Origin: a virus
IMG/VR virus record: IMGVR_UViG_3300044638_007100
Direction: 5' to 3' (one strand)
Length of the DNA: 64,000 nt
Below the pieces are notes generated by a model. That model saw only the letters and a list, made by a program, of their open reading frames with translations, was not told the origin of the DNA and did not search any database. The position numbers and the translations under genes are program-made. Positions 1-9,083 of this stretch are shown here, piece by piece; the first letter of the stretch is position 1, and every line of letters starts with the position of its first letter.

Positions 1-749
1 GGAAAAGTAGCACTGGAATTTGGATTAAACCTCCACTCAGATCTTGGTTGATAACTGAATATTAAATCATCACCGATTGAATAAGATGCAGCAGCATCCA
101 ATGTAACTTCAACTAAATTGCCAAAAGTACCAGAAATATAAGTATTGACAATATTGTAATTTATGACTTCAGATCCAGGTGCTGAGACAGCTACAGTGTC
201 TCCTACTGTAAGATACCGTGCCCAAGGATAAATAAAAGCATCAATAGTAATAAAATCGGTAGTACTATTACTATCTGCAATAATCGTTGATGTAGTAGTC
301 GAATCTGGAACACCTATTACAACTGGCCCAGTATGGTCAATTTTAACAAATCTATCATCATCACCAATAACCAGATCTGCGGTATTAACATTACCAGACT
401 CAATGTGAATATGAGACTGATCCGAAGGAGTCACTGCTGTTGGACGAATTCTTAAATATTGACCCTGACCCAGTAAAGATTCGTTTGGTATTAATTCAAT
501 ATCACCTAGATTATTATATCCAGCAGTGCCGTTACCTATGATTTGAGTTCCAGTTATTTTAAGATCACTTATTTTTGCATCACCATTAACATCGAGTATG
601 TATTGAGGATCTGTGGTTCCTATACCAACATTAGAAGTTGTATGAATACCTGATGATGTAGTAACCCATTGACATGATTCACCCACAGATACTTCAGAAC
701 TACCGGCAGTATCTATCCATTCCCCATCCTGTCTCACAAAAACTGGCAT
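1..749 (-). CDS. Tail fibre-like protein, partial (runs off window start)
   Basis: Read manually: ATG at 749 after AGGAGG; MPVFVRQDGEWIDTAG...QWVTTSSGIHTTSNVGIGTTDP, the fibre cassette also found in the ORFs at 9084 and 13617. Confidence 0.7.
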   Translation of the reverse strand, partial: MPVFVRQDGEWIDTAGSSEVSVGESCQWVTTSSGIHTTSNVGIGTTDPQYILDVNGDAKISDLKITGTQIIGNGTAGYNNLGDIELIPNESLLGQGQYLRIRPTAVTPSDQSHIHIESGNVNTADLVIGDDDRFVKIDHTGPVVIGVPDSTTTSTIIADSNSTTDFITIDAFIYPWARYLTVGDTVAVSAPGSEVINYNIVNTYISGTFGNLVEVTLDAAASYSIGDDLIFSYQPRSEWRFNPNSSATF

Positions 750-780
750 TTCTATTACCTCCTATTTTTGATATTTATGA

Positions 781-2415
781 TTAGTCATAAGCAATATAAG
801 TATATTTCTTAAATGCAACAAAAGAAATAATGTAATTTATAAATTCAGAATTTGTTGGTGTAGAAATAAGAACAAATTTATTATCAATAGAATCTACAGA
901 ATATGATGTTAATGGAGTATTTGTAGAAACATAAGTTGTACCATATTGATTATGAGATACAGTAATGCCATATCCAACAGCAATCACCTTTGCAGTTTGA
1001 ATAACATTTTGTTGATTTCTTGCTCTAATGGTATACTCCACAGAATCATATTCATCTATAGAAAGAGTTGAATCTATTGTAACTGGACTTAAATCGCCAT
1101 GACTAACAGCAGTATTAGAATTTCCATAAATGACAAAATTATTGATCGATATATTTCCATGAACTTCAAGTCTTTCTGATGGATTATTAGTTCCTATACC
1201 AACATTAAAGTTCTCATTTCCAATAATCCAAGTACTATTTCCTACACCAATTGCTAATTGATTATCACCAGATGAATTGTAGAGTTGAACATTATGTCCA
1301 ATCGCTATATTGCAAGATCCATTAGATGATGATCCAGCACTATAACCAAAGAAGTTATTATAAGATCCATTAGATGATGATCCAGCATTATAACCAAAGA
1401 AGTTATTATAAGATCCATCTGTGTTGGCAAATCCTGCTTGAGAACCAAAGAAGTTATTATCAGTTCCAGTGGTGTTAAGATTACCAGAATTATATCCAAA
1501 GAAGTTATTAAAAGATCCAAGAGTATTATATCTACCAGAATACTTACCTAAAAAGTTGTTATGATATCCAGCAATACTACAACATCCCGAACCTTTACCG
1601 AAGAAGTTATTATCAGATCCATCACTATTATTTAATCCCGAATCGATGCCAAAGAAGTTATTACGAGATCCAGAAGTATTATTAAGTCCCGCACAAGCAC
1701 CAAAGAAGTTATTGTTACTTCCAAATGTAGTACAATTACCAGCATTACATCCTACAAAGAAATTATTTGCTGCACTTGTAATGGAAGGTAATGATGTATT
1801 ACATGAAATAAAGTTTGAAGTGCAGCAGGCAATGATTGCACCAGAACCACCAACTACAGTGCTGATTCCCGGTTGATACCATATATCACCATCGCAAGGA
1901 TCAACTGGTGCTTCTGTAGAAATATATCTTGCCCCATAAGCATTACTTGCCGAAGTAATGCCTATTGTTGCTCCAATAGAAATAATTGGATTTGAGCAAC
2001 CATATCCAATTTGAATTACAAAGACACTTCCGATTCCTGTATTACCACCAGATCCTCCATTACTTGATCCATAATAAGTTGCTCTTTCTCTTACATGAAC
2101 CATACCCTCATACACTCTTGTCACATTACCATTGACATCTTCTATCACGATGTCATAAATGTATCTTCCAGGTTTTATGTTTGAAGTTTCTTCTGAAGTT
2201 AAAGAAATTTCAACCTGTCCAAGAGTTGGTGGATCTACTATTACAGTTGCGAAAGTTACTGAAGCGGCACTACCAGTCCACTTCCTCATCTGAGAAGCTA
2301 CAATATAATTGGTTAAATCAATTGCAGAATTGGAATTGGAGTCCTTTAATGAAAAAATTTGGCTAAAGTCCGCGCCAGCATTAATGACTATATTATTTAC
2401 ATATACTGGTGCCAT
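781..2415 (-). CDS. Virion/tail fibre protein with 14-aa NNFFG repeats
   Basis: 544 aa; repeated NNFFGxxAGxxN, VGIGTNNP motif; TATAAATA late promoter at 2439-2446. Confidence 0.7.
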   Translation of the reverse strand: MAPVYVNNIVINAGADFSQIFSLKDSNSNSAIDLTNYIVASQMRKWTGSAASVTFATVIVDPPTLGQVEISLTSEETSNIKPGRYIYDIVIEDVNGNVTRVYEGMVHVRERATYYGSSNGGSGGNTGIGSVFVIQIGYGCSNPIISIGATIGITSASNAYGARYISTEAPVDPCDGDIWYQPGISTVVGGSGAIIACCTSNFISCNTSLPSITSAANNFFVGCNAGNCTTFGSNNNFFGACAGLNNTSGSRNNFFGIDSGLNNSDGSDNNFFGKGSGCCSIAGYHNNFLGKYSGRYNTLGSFNNFFGYNSGNLNTTGTDNNFFGSQAGFANTDGSYNNFFGYNAGSSSNGSYNNFFGYSAGSSSNGSCNIAIGHNVQLYNSSGDNQLAIGVGNSTWIIGNENFNVGIGTNNPSERLEVHGNISINNFVIYGNSNTAVSHGDLSPVTIDSTLSIDEYDSVEYTIRARNQQNVIQTAKVIAVGYGITVSHNQYGTTYVSTNTPLTSYSVDSIDNKFVLISTPTNSEFINYIISFVAFKKYTYIAYD

Positions 2416-2538
2416 TTTTTAAATGTTCCCCTACTCTTTATTTATAATTGTATTAAAAATCAAAGATCTTGTGTGAGGGACATTATAAACATAAAGATTC
2501 CGAAGAGTATGAAAACTGTGAGAATGAAAAACATATTC

Positions 2539-2727
2539 TTAAAAATACATTACTGAAAGAGTAAATATGACGAATATGATAACTGTGAACATCATAATTC
2601 CTACTCCTGCCCAGATTATCCAAGGTTCCATAGGTTCGTGTTGAGGATTGTGAGACATATTATTGGTGCTTTTAATTATTGGGTTTATCATTAGTATCTC
2701 GTTCCTGAATTCCGACTTCCATTGCAT
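2539..2727 (-). CDS. Small membrane protein
   Basis: C-terminal hydrophobic helix; true start probably internal. Confidence 0.45.
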   Translation of the reverse strand: MQWKSEFRNEILMINPIIKSTNNMSHNPQHEPMEPWIIWAGVGIMMFTVIIFVIFTLSVMYF

Positions 2728-2932
2728 TCATTGTAAAATTATATGCATTGACTTTTTGATTTTTACTAACTTTACTAATATAGTAAATACGTCCTATATC
2801 ATCTTTAAGTTGATTCAGTTGTGTTTGAATTCCTTCCATTGATGCATAATTAGAAGTTGTTGAAAAGTCCTCTGGATAACTTACAAAAGCATCTTCCAGT
2901 GTTTTGATTTGTTCTGTTGTTAGTTGTTTCAT
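2672..2932 (-). CDS. Hypothetical protein
   Basis: 86-aa ORF, co-oriented with neighbours. Confidence 0.5.
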   Translation of the reverse strand: MKQLTTEQIKTLEDAFVSYPEDFSTTSNYASMEGIQTQLNQLKDDIGRIYYISKVSKNQKVNAYNFTMNAMEVGIQERDTNDKPNN

Positions 2933-2978
2933 ATGTTTTGGGGTTTATGAGCATCTTAGCAGAGTTGGGAGTCTTATG

Positions 2979-3128
2979 TCAATAAAAAGCATCTTTATTT
3001 AATTTATAAGTCTTTCCATTTACTGTAATTTTACCATCACCTTCTCCTGTCAATGCTTTTCGTAATTGTTTACTTGCAACAGGGTCTCTGAGTATCTCTT
3101 CTAGTTTTTTACTTATAGGTAATTTCAT
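2979..3128 (-). CDS. Small hypothetical protein (MKLPISKKLEEILRDP...)
   Basis: Internal ATG at 3128 of the tracked ORF looks the more plausible start. Confidence 0.45.
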   Translation of the reverse strand: MKLPISKKLEEILRDPVASKQLRKALTGEGDGKITVNGKTYKLNKDAFY

Positions 3129-3277
3129 AGTCTTATTGGTGCTTTTGTAAATATGCAACCAAATCTTTAAGGTAGTCAGATGCCTTATCCCAATCCCCAT
3201 TAAACCTATCATTAAGTTCTTGATAAATTTTTTCTGCATTTTCAGGTGCTAGATTGGTTGCCTCAATAAATCCTTCT

Positions 3278-3907
3278 TTAGTAATCATAATGTTTTAATG
3301 TTTTTTCTGTAAGGTTAATAATTTCTACTATGGGCAATTCTATCACATAACACTCCGTATATCCACTATCCGTGGTCTCAAAATCAATTTTATAATTTTG
3401 ATATTTTTGGTGGATGAATTTTTCAAGATGATGGACTTGATAGTGAATTCCTTTCCATATCTTAATAACACTATGCAATTTATTTTTGGTGTGGTTTGCT
3501 AATTTATTGAAACTTCTACCAACCTTATAAACCAATTTACCTTCAAGATAGACAATAACCAAATACAAATAATCAGTATCAAAATATCTTTCTTTCCAAG
3601 GATTTTGGTAGTTATTTCCTTGTAGTTTTTCGCCATATTTTTTGACTCTTTCATCAGTTTCTTTGGTTAATCCTTTATTCCAAACTTTTTGACCTGTTTT
3701 CTTTCCTTTATTCCAAGGTTCTTTACCAACCTGCCATTCAGAAAAGTTTCTTGTTACACCAATTGTTTTAAGATACTTATATACGGAAACTCTTGGTATG
3801 TTTAGTTGTCTTCCAATTTCGTGGGAGGATAAACCAGACAAATACATTTGTTTCCAAATCTCCCTATCCTTATCAGTATATTTTATATTCATTTGTGGTC
3901 TGCTCAC
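3278..3907 (-). mobile_element. Free-standing putative homing endonuclease: HTH + PWNKG repeats + GIY-YIG-like (T5orf172/MUG113-type) domain
   Basis: N-terminal HTH (SSHEIGRQLNIPRVSVYKYL), three W-N-K-G/NUMOD-like repeats, C-terminal YLYL..YKVGRS..LEKFIH..GYTECY; GTG start; own late promoter. Confidence 0.7.
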
Positions 3908-3916
3908 GGATATTAT

Positions 3917-3950
3917 TATTTATAAAAAAGAGACCTTTACAGGTCTCTTC
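3917..3950 (-). terminator. psbA intrinsic terminator overlapping the TATAAATA late promoter of the endonuclease gene
   Basis: AAGAGACC-TGTAA-AGGTCTCTT followed by a T-run running into TATAAATA (3924-3917). Confidence 0.75.
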
Positions 3951-3975
3951 ATTATATCACAATTTAGTGATTATA

Positions 3976-4305
3976 TCAACCGATAGAAGGAGCAGTTAGA
4001 GCAACCGAAGTTGTTTCTGCTGCAGCCAAATCTAAAGGAAAATTATGTGCATTTCTCTCGTGCATAACTTCCATACCCAACCCAGATTTGTTCAATATGT
4101 CCGCCCAAGTAGGAATTACCCGGTTTTGACTATCCAGAATACTCTGATTGAAATTTAGTCCGTTGAGGTTGAATGCCATAGTGCTTACGCCTAGAGCAGT
4201 AAACCAGATGCCCACAACGGGCCAAGCGGCGAGGAAGAAGTGAAGTGAACGAGAATTATTGAACGAAGCATATTGGAAAATGAGTCGTCCAAAGTAACCG
4301 TGAGC
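3976..4305 (-). CDS. psbA: Photosystem II D1 protein, exon 2
   Basis: [25 protein letters not shown]...[12 protein letters not shown] plus the C-terminal processing extension. Confidence 0.97.
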   Translation of the reverse strand, partial: AHGYFGRLIFQYASFNNSRSLHFFLAAWPVVGIWFTALGVSTMAFNLNGLNFNQSILDSQNRVIPTWADILNKSGLGMEVMHERNAHNFPLDLAAAETTSVALTAPSIG

Positions 4306-4514
4306 CAATTGTCCAAAAGTTTCCTTAAGGGTTGGACTATATCTTCACCTATTAAAGGTGCTGGGCGCTCTTGCCTGTTATTAAGGGAACTGTATCCCTC
4401 AGGTAGTCTCTGAACCTTTCCTAGATGTATCTAGGACTTGGATGCTGATTGCCATATCCATAAAGGACTTAGGTTTCCAGCAGTTCACCCAGTTTAACGT
4501 GACCCGCTCTGTCA
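4306..4514 (-). ncRNA. ORF-less group I intron (209 nt) in psbA
   Basis: 5' exon ends in U (GCT), intron ends in G. P1: exon CGTGGCT pairs with GGTCACG, U-G at the splice site. P10: GAGC/GCTC. P3: CTGGG/CCCAG. R element TCAGAGACTAC; S element AAGATATAGTCC. Removal restores YNIVA-AHGYFG. Confidence 0.93.
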
Positions 4515-5267
4515 AGCCACGATGTTATAAGTCTCTTCTTCTTGTCCGAACTTATAACCATAATTCTGCGATTCAGTTTCAGTAGTTTCACGAACCAGTG
4601 AAGAAGTCACTAGTGAACCGTGCATAGCACTGAAGAGTGAACCACCGAACACACCAGCAACTCCAAGCATATGGAATGGGTGCATAAGGATATTGTGTTC
4701 TGCCTGGAACACAAGCATATAGTTGAAGGTTCCAGAAATACCCAGAGGCATCGCATCAGAGAAAGAACCTTGACCGAAAGGATAGACCAGGAACACGGCA
4801 GAAGCAGCAGCAACAGGAGCACTGTAAGCAACCATAATCCAAGGACGCATACCTAGACGGTAGGAGAGTTCCCATTCACGACCCATATAGCAGTAGATGC
4901 CGATAAGGAAGTGGAACACAATCAGTTGGAAAGGTCCACCATTATAAAGCCATTCATCAAGACTTGCTGCTTCCCAAATAGGATAGAAGTGAAGTCCGAT
5001 AGCATTAGAAGAAGGAACAACGGCACCAGAGATGATGTTGTTTCCATACATTAGAGAACCAGCAACAGGTTCACGAATACCGTCAATGTCTACTGGTGGA
5101 GCTGCAATAAATGCCACGATGAAGCAAATAGTAGCAGCAAGTAGTGTCGGAATCATAAGAGTTCCGAACCACCCAACATAAAGACGGTTGTCGGTAGAAG
5201 TAACCCACTGGCAAAAAGATTCCCAGAGGTTTTCGCCAGAACGGCGTGAAGCAATTGTAGCAGTCAT
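4515..5267 (-). CDS. psbA: Photosystem II D1 protein, exon 1
   Basis: 251 aa of D1 ([15 protein letters not shown]...[10 protein letters not shown]). Confidence 0.97.
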
Positions 5268-5430
5268 TTGTTAAAAAGGGTAAGTAAAAATTCAGGGGGA
5301 ACTGAACGGTACAGATATTCCTACACCACCCTCCAGTGTAGGTATGAGAGACTATGTTTAACCTCCCCATAGGTCTCGGTTAGGTAGAGGACAACATTAA
5401 GAATCTGTTACATTTCTTAACTTGTTGTTG

Positions 5431-5464
5431 TATTTATCATAGCACTGTCAGGAAATCCTGTCAA
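5431..5464 (-). promoter_or_regulatory. psbA sigma70-type promoter overlapping a late-promoter core
   Basis: TTGACA(5464-5459)-17 nt-TATGAT(5441-5436); ATAAATA at 5437-5431. Confidence 0.75.
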
Positions 5465-5474
5465 GCCCCCTCAA

Positions 5475-7133
5475 TCAAATAGAAGTTACAAGCAAACTCA
5501 TGCCAGTAACGATTATACCAGTATCGGTTCCTTTGTTGCGAATATGAAGTTCAACATAATCATTTTGCTTATGATCGTGAATGTCAGTCAAATGAACAGT
5601 ATAAAATTGTCCATATGTTGTGCTATTAACTAAAGTTGCAGAAGACCTAAGAATTGTACCAATTCCTGCGGATGAATTATAATCATAAATTCCAACCTCT
5701 ACATCAAAATCAATAAATGGTCCAGAAGCAGGAACATCTTGAGTGAAAGTAACTGTTGCTTGAGATAAAAACTTTCTATCAGTTGCAACATTATAAGTTA
5801 CTCTATTATCAGTTGCAGTAAATTTAGAATTGATTGAACCATCAGTGGTTGTGATTCCTGCAATTTTAGTCCAAATATCCGTAGATCCAATACCAATAAC
5901 TGTAGGAGTAGAATTATTCTTCATATAAAATTGACCAGAAGGAAATGTATTGTCTATACCACGATTTCCTTCAAAGAAACTATCTCTACCATTAATGTCA
6001 GTATGAGTACTCACTCCAATCTTAGTTCCAGGTCCTGAAAAATTACAAGTCTGTATAATAAAACTTTCAGGTTGAGAGAATGTAACACCATCCTGAACTG
6101 TGATACCAGTATAACCAGAAGGAACTACGAATGAACAAACTGTTGTACGAATTCTTCTACTACAAATAAAAGTACTTGGAAAATTAAGAATAGATTTTGT
6201 TCCACCAAGTCCAAAGTTTCCACTAAACAAACACTGATTAAATCCTACGGTTCCTGTCGTTCCGTCAAAAGTCAAATCCTGAGAATTCAAAAATGCACCA
6301 TCAAGCAAAATAAAATTATTATAACTTGAAATAATACCTACCTTTGCACAATCAGTGAAGTTTACCCCAAACCAATCCAGAGCATGAACCGAAGGAATAG
6401 AGGCAACAAGATTAATTGCATAAGGTGCTTCAAACGTAATATTGCGAATTGGAAGTGAATAAACACTACTCAAAAGTGCAACATCAGTAGCAATTCCTGT
6501 AGATTTAATTCTGCAATTTTCACTTGAACCACCAAGAATCGTTGTGTTATCACCAGCGACTAAACGATCTCCTTGCAAATCAACAGTAGTTGTGAAGAAA
6601 TAAGTATAATTATCTTTGAGATTAATTACTCCGTTTACTGCTGGAGGTAAATCATTCTTAGTTCCAACAAAAATAAAGTTTACAACATCATCCAGAAACT
6701 TAAATTGAGTTTCACCACCTCCACCAATCGTTGCCATCTGCTGTTGGATACGATTGATAAACAATTGATAATGATCATTGAGTTGCTGAAACGTTACAAA
6801 TTGCTGATCTAATGGTGTAAGAGGATCAGTATTTTTTACATTTGGAGGTTCATTCAATAAACCTTCATTAAGATTTTTCTTTGGTTGTGGAATAGGAGTA
6901 TTCTTAAGTTGCTGACGAAGTTCATAAACTTCATCATGCTGATTCACAACTAAGTTCTGTAAAAAATCAATATTTTCTGTAAGTTGCTGTGTTTGCTCCT
7001 TTAATCTATCAACTTCTGTTTTCTTCTGATCTGCTTCATATTCTTCATAAGTTCTTTTCTTACTAGAAGAACTCTTAGGAGTTGATGGATTCTTCGGACT
7101 AACATGATGTAAAATTTTAGAATACTTATTCAT
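5475..7133 (-). CDS. Probable virion fibre/structural protein (coiled coil + beta-rich)
   Basis: Shares the LLxEPP..DPLTPL..HY.LFINRIQQQ.ATIGGGGET module with 13617-15644. Confidence 0.6.
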   Translation of the reverse strand: MNKYSKILHHVSPKNPSTPKSSSSKKRTYEEYEADQKKTEVDRLKEQTQQLTENIDFLQNLVVNQHDEVYELRQQLKNTPIPQPKKNLNEGLLNEPPNVKNTDPLTPLDQQFVTFQQLNDHYQLFINRIQQQMATIGGGGETQFKFLDDVVNFIFVGTKNDLPPAVNGVINLKDNYTYFFTTTVDLQGDRLVAGDNTTILGGSSENCRIKSTGIATDVALLSSVYSLPIRNITFEAPYAINLVASIPSVHALDWFGVNFTDCAKVGIISSYNNFILLDGAFLNSQDLTFDGTTGTVGFNQCLFSGNFGLGGTKSILNFPSTFICSRRIRTTVCSFVVPSGYTGITVQDGVTFSQPESFIIQTCNFSGPGTKIGVSTHTDINGRDSFFEGNRGIDNTFPSGQFYMKNNSTPTVIGIGSTDIWTKIAGITTTDGSINSKFTATDNRVTYNVATDRKFLSQATVTFTQDVPASGPFIDFDVEVGIYDYNSSAGIGTILRSSATLVNSTTYGQFYTVHLTDIHDHKQNDYVELHIRNKGTDTGIIVTGMSLLVTSI

Positions 7134-7163
7134 TCTTATATTCTTTTTTAGTATTTATTTCAC

Positions 7164-7661
7164 TTATGAAATTGGAGTAAGTAATAAACTCATATCAGTA
7201 ACGATTATATCAGTATCAGTTCCTTTATTGCAAATGTAAAGTTCAACATAATCATTTTGACTGTGAGTATGTATATCGGCCAAATAGACAGTATAGAATT
7301 TTCCGTAGCTAGTATTCTTAACTAGAGTAGATGAAGATTTAAGAACTGTACCGATTCCTGATGTTGAGTCGTAATCATAAATTCCAACCTCCACATCATA
7401 ATCAACAAATGGTCCAGAAGGAGGTCTTTCTTGAGTAAAAGTAACTGTTGCCTGAGATAAAAATACTTTGTCAACTGCATCAATATAAGTTAATCTATTA
7501 TCAGTTGGAATAAATTTAGAATTGATTGAACCATCAGTGGTTGTGATTCCAGCAATTTTTGTCCAGGAATTGACAGAAGTAAATGAAGTTACTTCTGAAC
7601 TATCTTTCATATAAAATTGACCGTATGATATTTCTGTGCTTATAGACATATTTCTTACCAA
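7164..7661 (-). CDS. Stand-alone paralogue of the C-terminal domain of 5475-7133
   Basis: WTKIAGITTTDGSINSKF...SQATVTFTQ...DVEVGIYDY...NKGTDT is shared. Confidence 0.75.
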   Translation of the reverse strand: MVRNMSISTEISYGQFYMKDSSEVTSFTSVNSWTKIAGITTTDGSINSKFIPTDNRLTYIDAVDKVFLSQATVTFTQERPPSGPFVDYDVEVGIYDYDSTSGIGTVLKSSSTLVKNTSYGKFYTVYLADIHTHSQNDYVELYICNKGTDTDIIVTDMSLLLTPIS

Positions 7662-8587
7662 TAATTAATTATTACTAGTCCTGGACCACCATTACCTCCA
7701 GGACCACCACCACCAGTGGTTCCTCCAGCACCTCCACCACCGCCACCAGAACCAAATCCACCATCTCCACCACGAAAACCCTGGAGCGTAGTGCTATTAA
7801 CAGAAGCACCACCAGAACCACCACTAGAAAGTAAAGGTGTCTGAAGTTGTACTCCTGGATTTCCAGTACCAATACCAGCAGGTGCGCCACCCGCTATGGT
7901 TGCAAATAGTTGTGCTCCTGGAGTAGTTATGGCACCTCCAGACTGGTTGGACCCACCACCGCCACCGGCACCACCAGAAAGTAAAGCACCCGTTGCCGGA
8001 AAAGAGGCATTACCACCGGGACCACCTGCAACAGCACCACCGGCAGCACCAACACCACCAGCAAGAGCAACAAACTGACCATATCCACCAATTAGAGTGT
8101 TTGCCTGTGTCGCAGCAACAGCAGCAGCACCAGCACCACCCACAGCAGCAGCAGTAGGAGCAGTGGCGGCAGTAGCACTCGCAAGTGCAAAACAAACAGT
8201 ATAAGCAGGAACAAGATTAGTAATATAAGGAATTATAGAAACATAAGAACCAATTCCTAAACCACCAGGGTTACCAACCGTAGTAGAAGATGCACCACCT
8301 GTTCCACCTCTCCCGGCAGAAACATATAAAATGTCCGGCAAAAACACGGCAGGAATAGTTACTAAAGTGACTCCACCAGAACCTCCTCCTCCACCACCAC
8401 CACGGTTGCCTGTTGCAGGAAATCCACTTGCACCTCCACTTCCACCTCCAATGGCGGTGATTCTCACCATTGTAATTCCTCTAGGTTTTTCCCAAGTTTC
8501 CCATACTTGTCCTATAATATTAGACTTACCAAAGAAATAATCGGTATTTCCTGATACTGGTTTTGGAAGATGTAAAAGGTCAAGCAT
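7655..8587 (-). CDS. Glycine-rich virion protein
   Basis: GGGGSGG tracts; ends GGPGLVIINYW. Confidence 0.6.
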   Translation of the reverse strand: MLDLLHLPKPVSGNTDYFFGKSNIIGQVWETWEKPRGITMVRITAIGGGSGGASGFPATGNRGGGGGGGSGGVTLVTIPAVFLPDILYVSAGRGGTGGASSTTVGNPGGLGIGSYVSIIPYITNLVPAYTVCFALASATAATAPTAAAVGGAGAAAVAATQANTLIGGYGQFVALAGGVGAAGGAVAGGPGGNASFPATGALLSGGAGGGGGSNQSGGAITTPGAQLFATIAGGAPAGIGTGNPGVQLQTPLLSSGGSGGASVNSTTLQGFRGGDGGFGSGGGGGGAGGTTGGGGPGGNGGPGLVIINYW

Positions 8588-8590
8588 AAA

Positions 8591-9052
8591 TCAATAATCT
8601 CCACCAAATGTTGTTGCAAACCAAGCACCGTTTGCAGTTGCGGCAATTGTTTGACCTACAAGAAGATAGGTGTTTGCGGGCATAGCAAAGTTTAATGGAA
8701 CTTCAATTGGATATGCAGAAGTCGTGTTAGTAATTGTCTGTGCCGGTGCCGCAATATCAGCAATTAATGATGCTTGTGAAGTTGTTGGTGTTCCCGTATT
8801 TACTGTTGAGAAATAAATTTTAAAAACCGTTGCTGCTGAGTTAATTCCGCTAGTTGTTGAAGAAAATTGAAATCTCATTTTTTGCACATAAGAACCATTT
8901 GCTCCTGAAGTAAATGCAACATACATATTGGTTCCAATTGAAGCAGTACCACCAGAAGTATGAACATTGGTGGAAGATTGTGGAATTTGAATTAAATTAA
9001 TCTCAGGTGCTCCTGAAAAAATTGGTGCTGTATTTAAATTAGTTAATGGCAT
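8591..9052 (-). CDS. Probable virion structural protein
   Basis: 153 aa, Thr/Ser-rich beta protein inside the fibre cluster. Confidence 0.5.
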   Translation of the reverse strand: MPLTNLNTAPIFSGAPEINLIQIPQSSTNVHTSGGTASIGTNMYVAFTSGANGSYVQKMRFQFSSTTSGINSAATVFKIYFSTVNTGTPTTSQASLIADIAAPAQTITNTTSAYPIEVPLNFAMPANTYLLVGQTIAATANGAWFATTFGGDY

Positions 9053-9083
9053 TTATTTAATCCTCCTTTATATTATATGTATC

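Noticed and set aside
2500-5500. psbD or other photosynthesis genes beside psbA
   Set aside because: None are recognisable in the window; absence from the whole genome cannot be concluded from this segment.
5475-7661. Diversity-generating retroelement (VR/TR pair)
   Set aside because: Mismatches involve all four bases rather than adenines only, both copies are ORFs, and there is no reverse transcriptase in the window.
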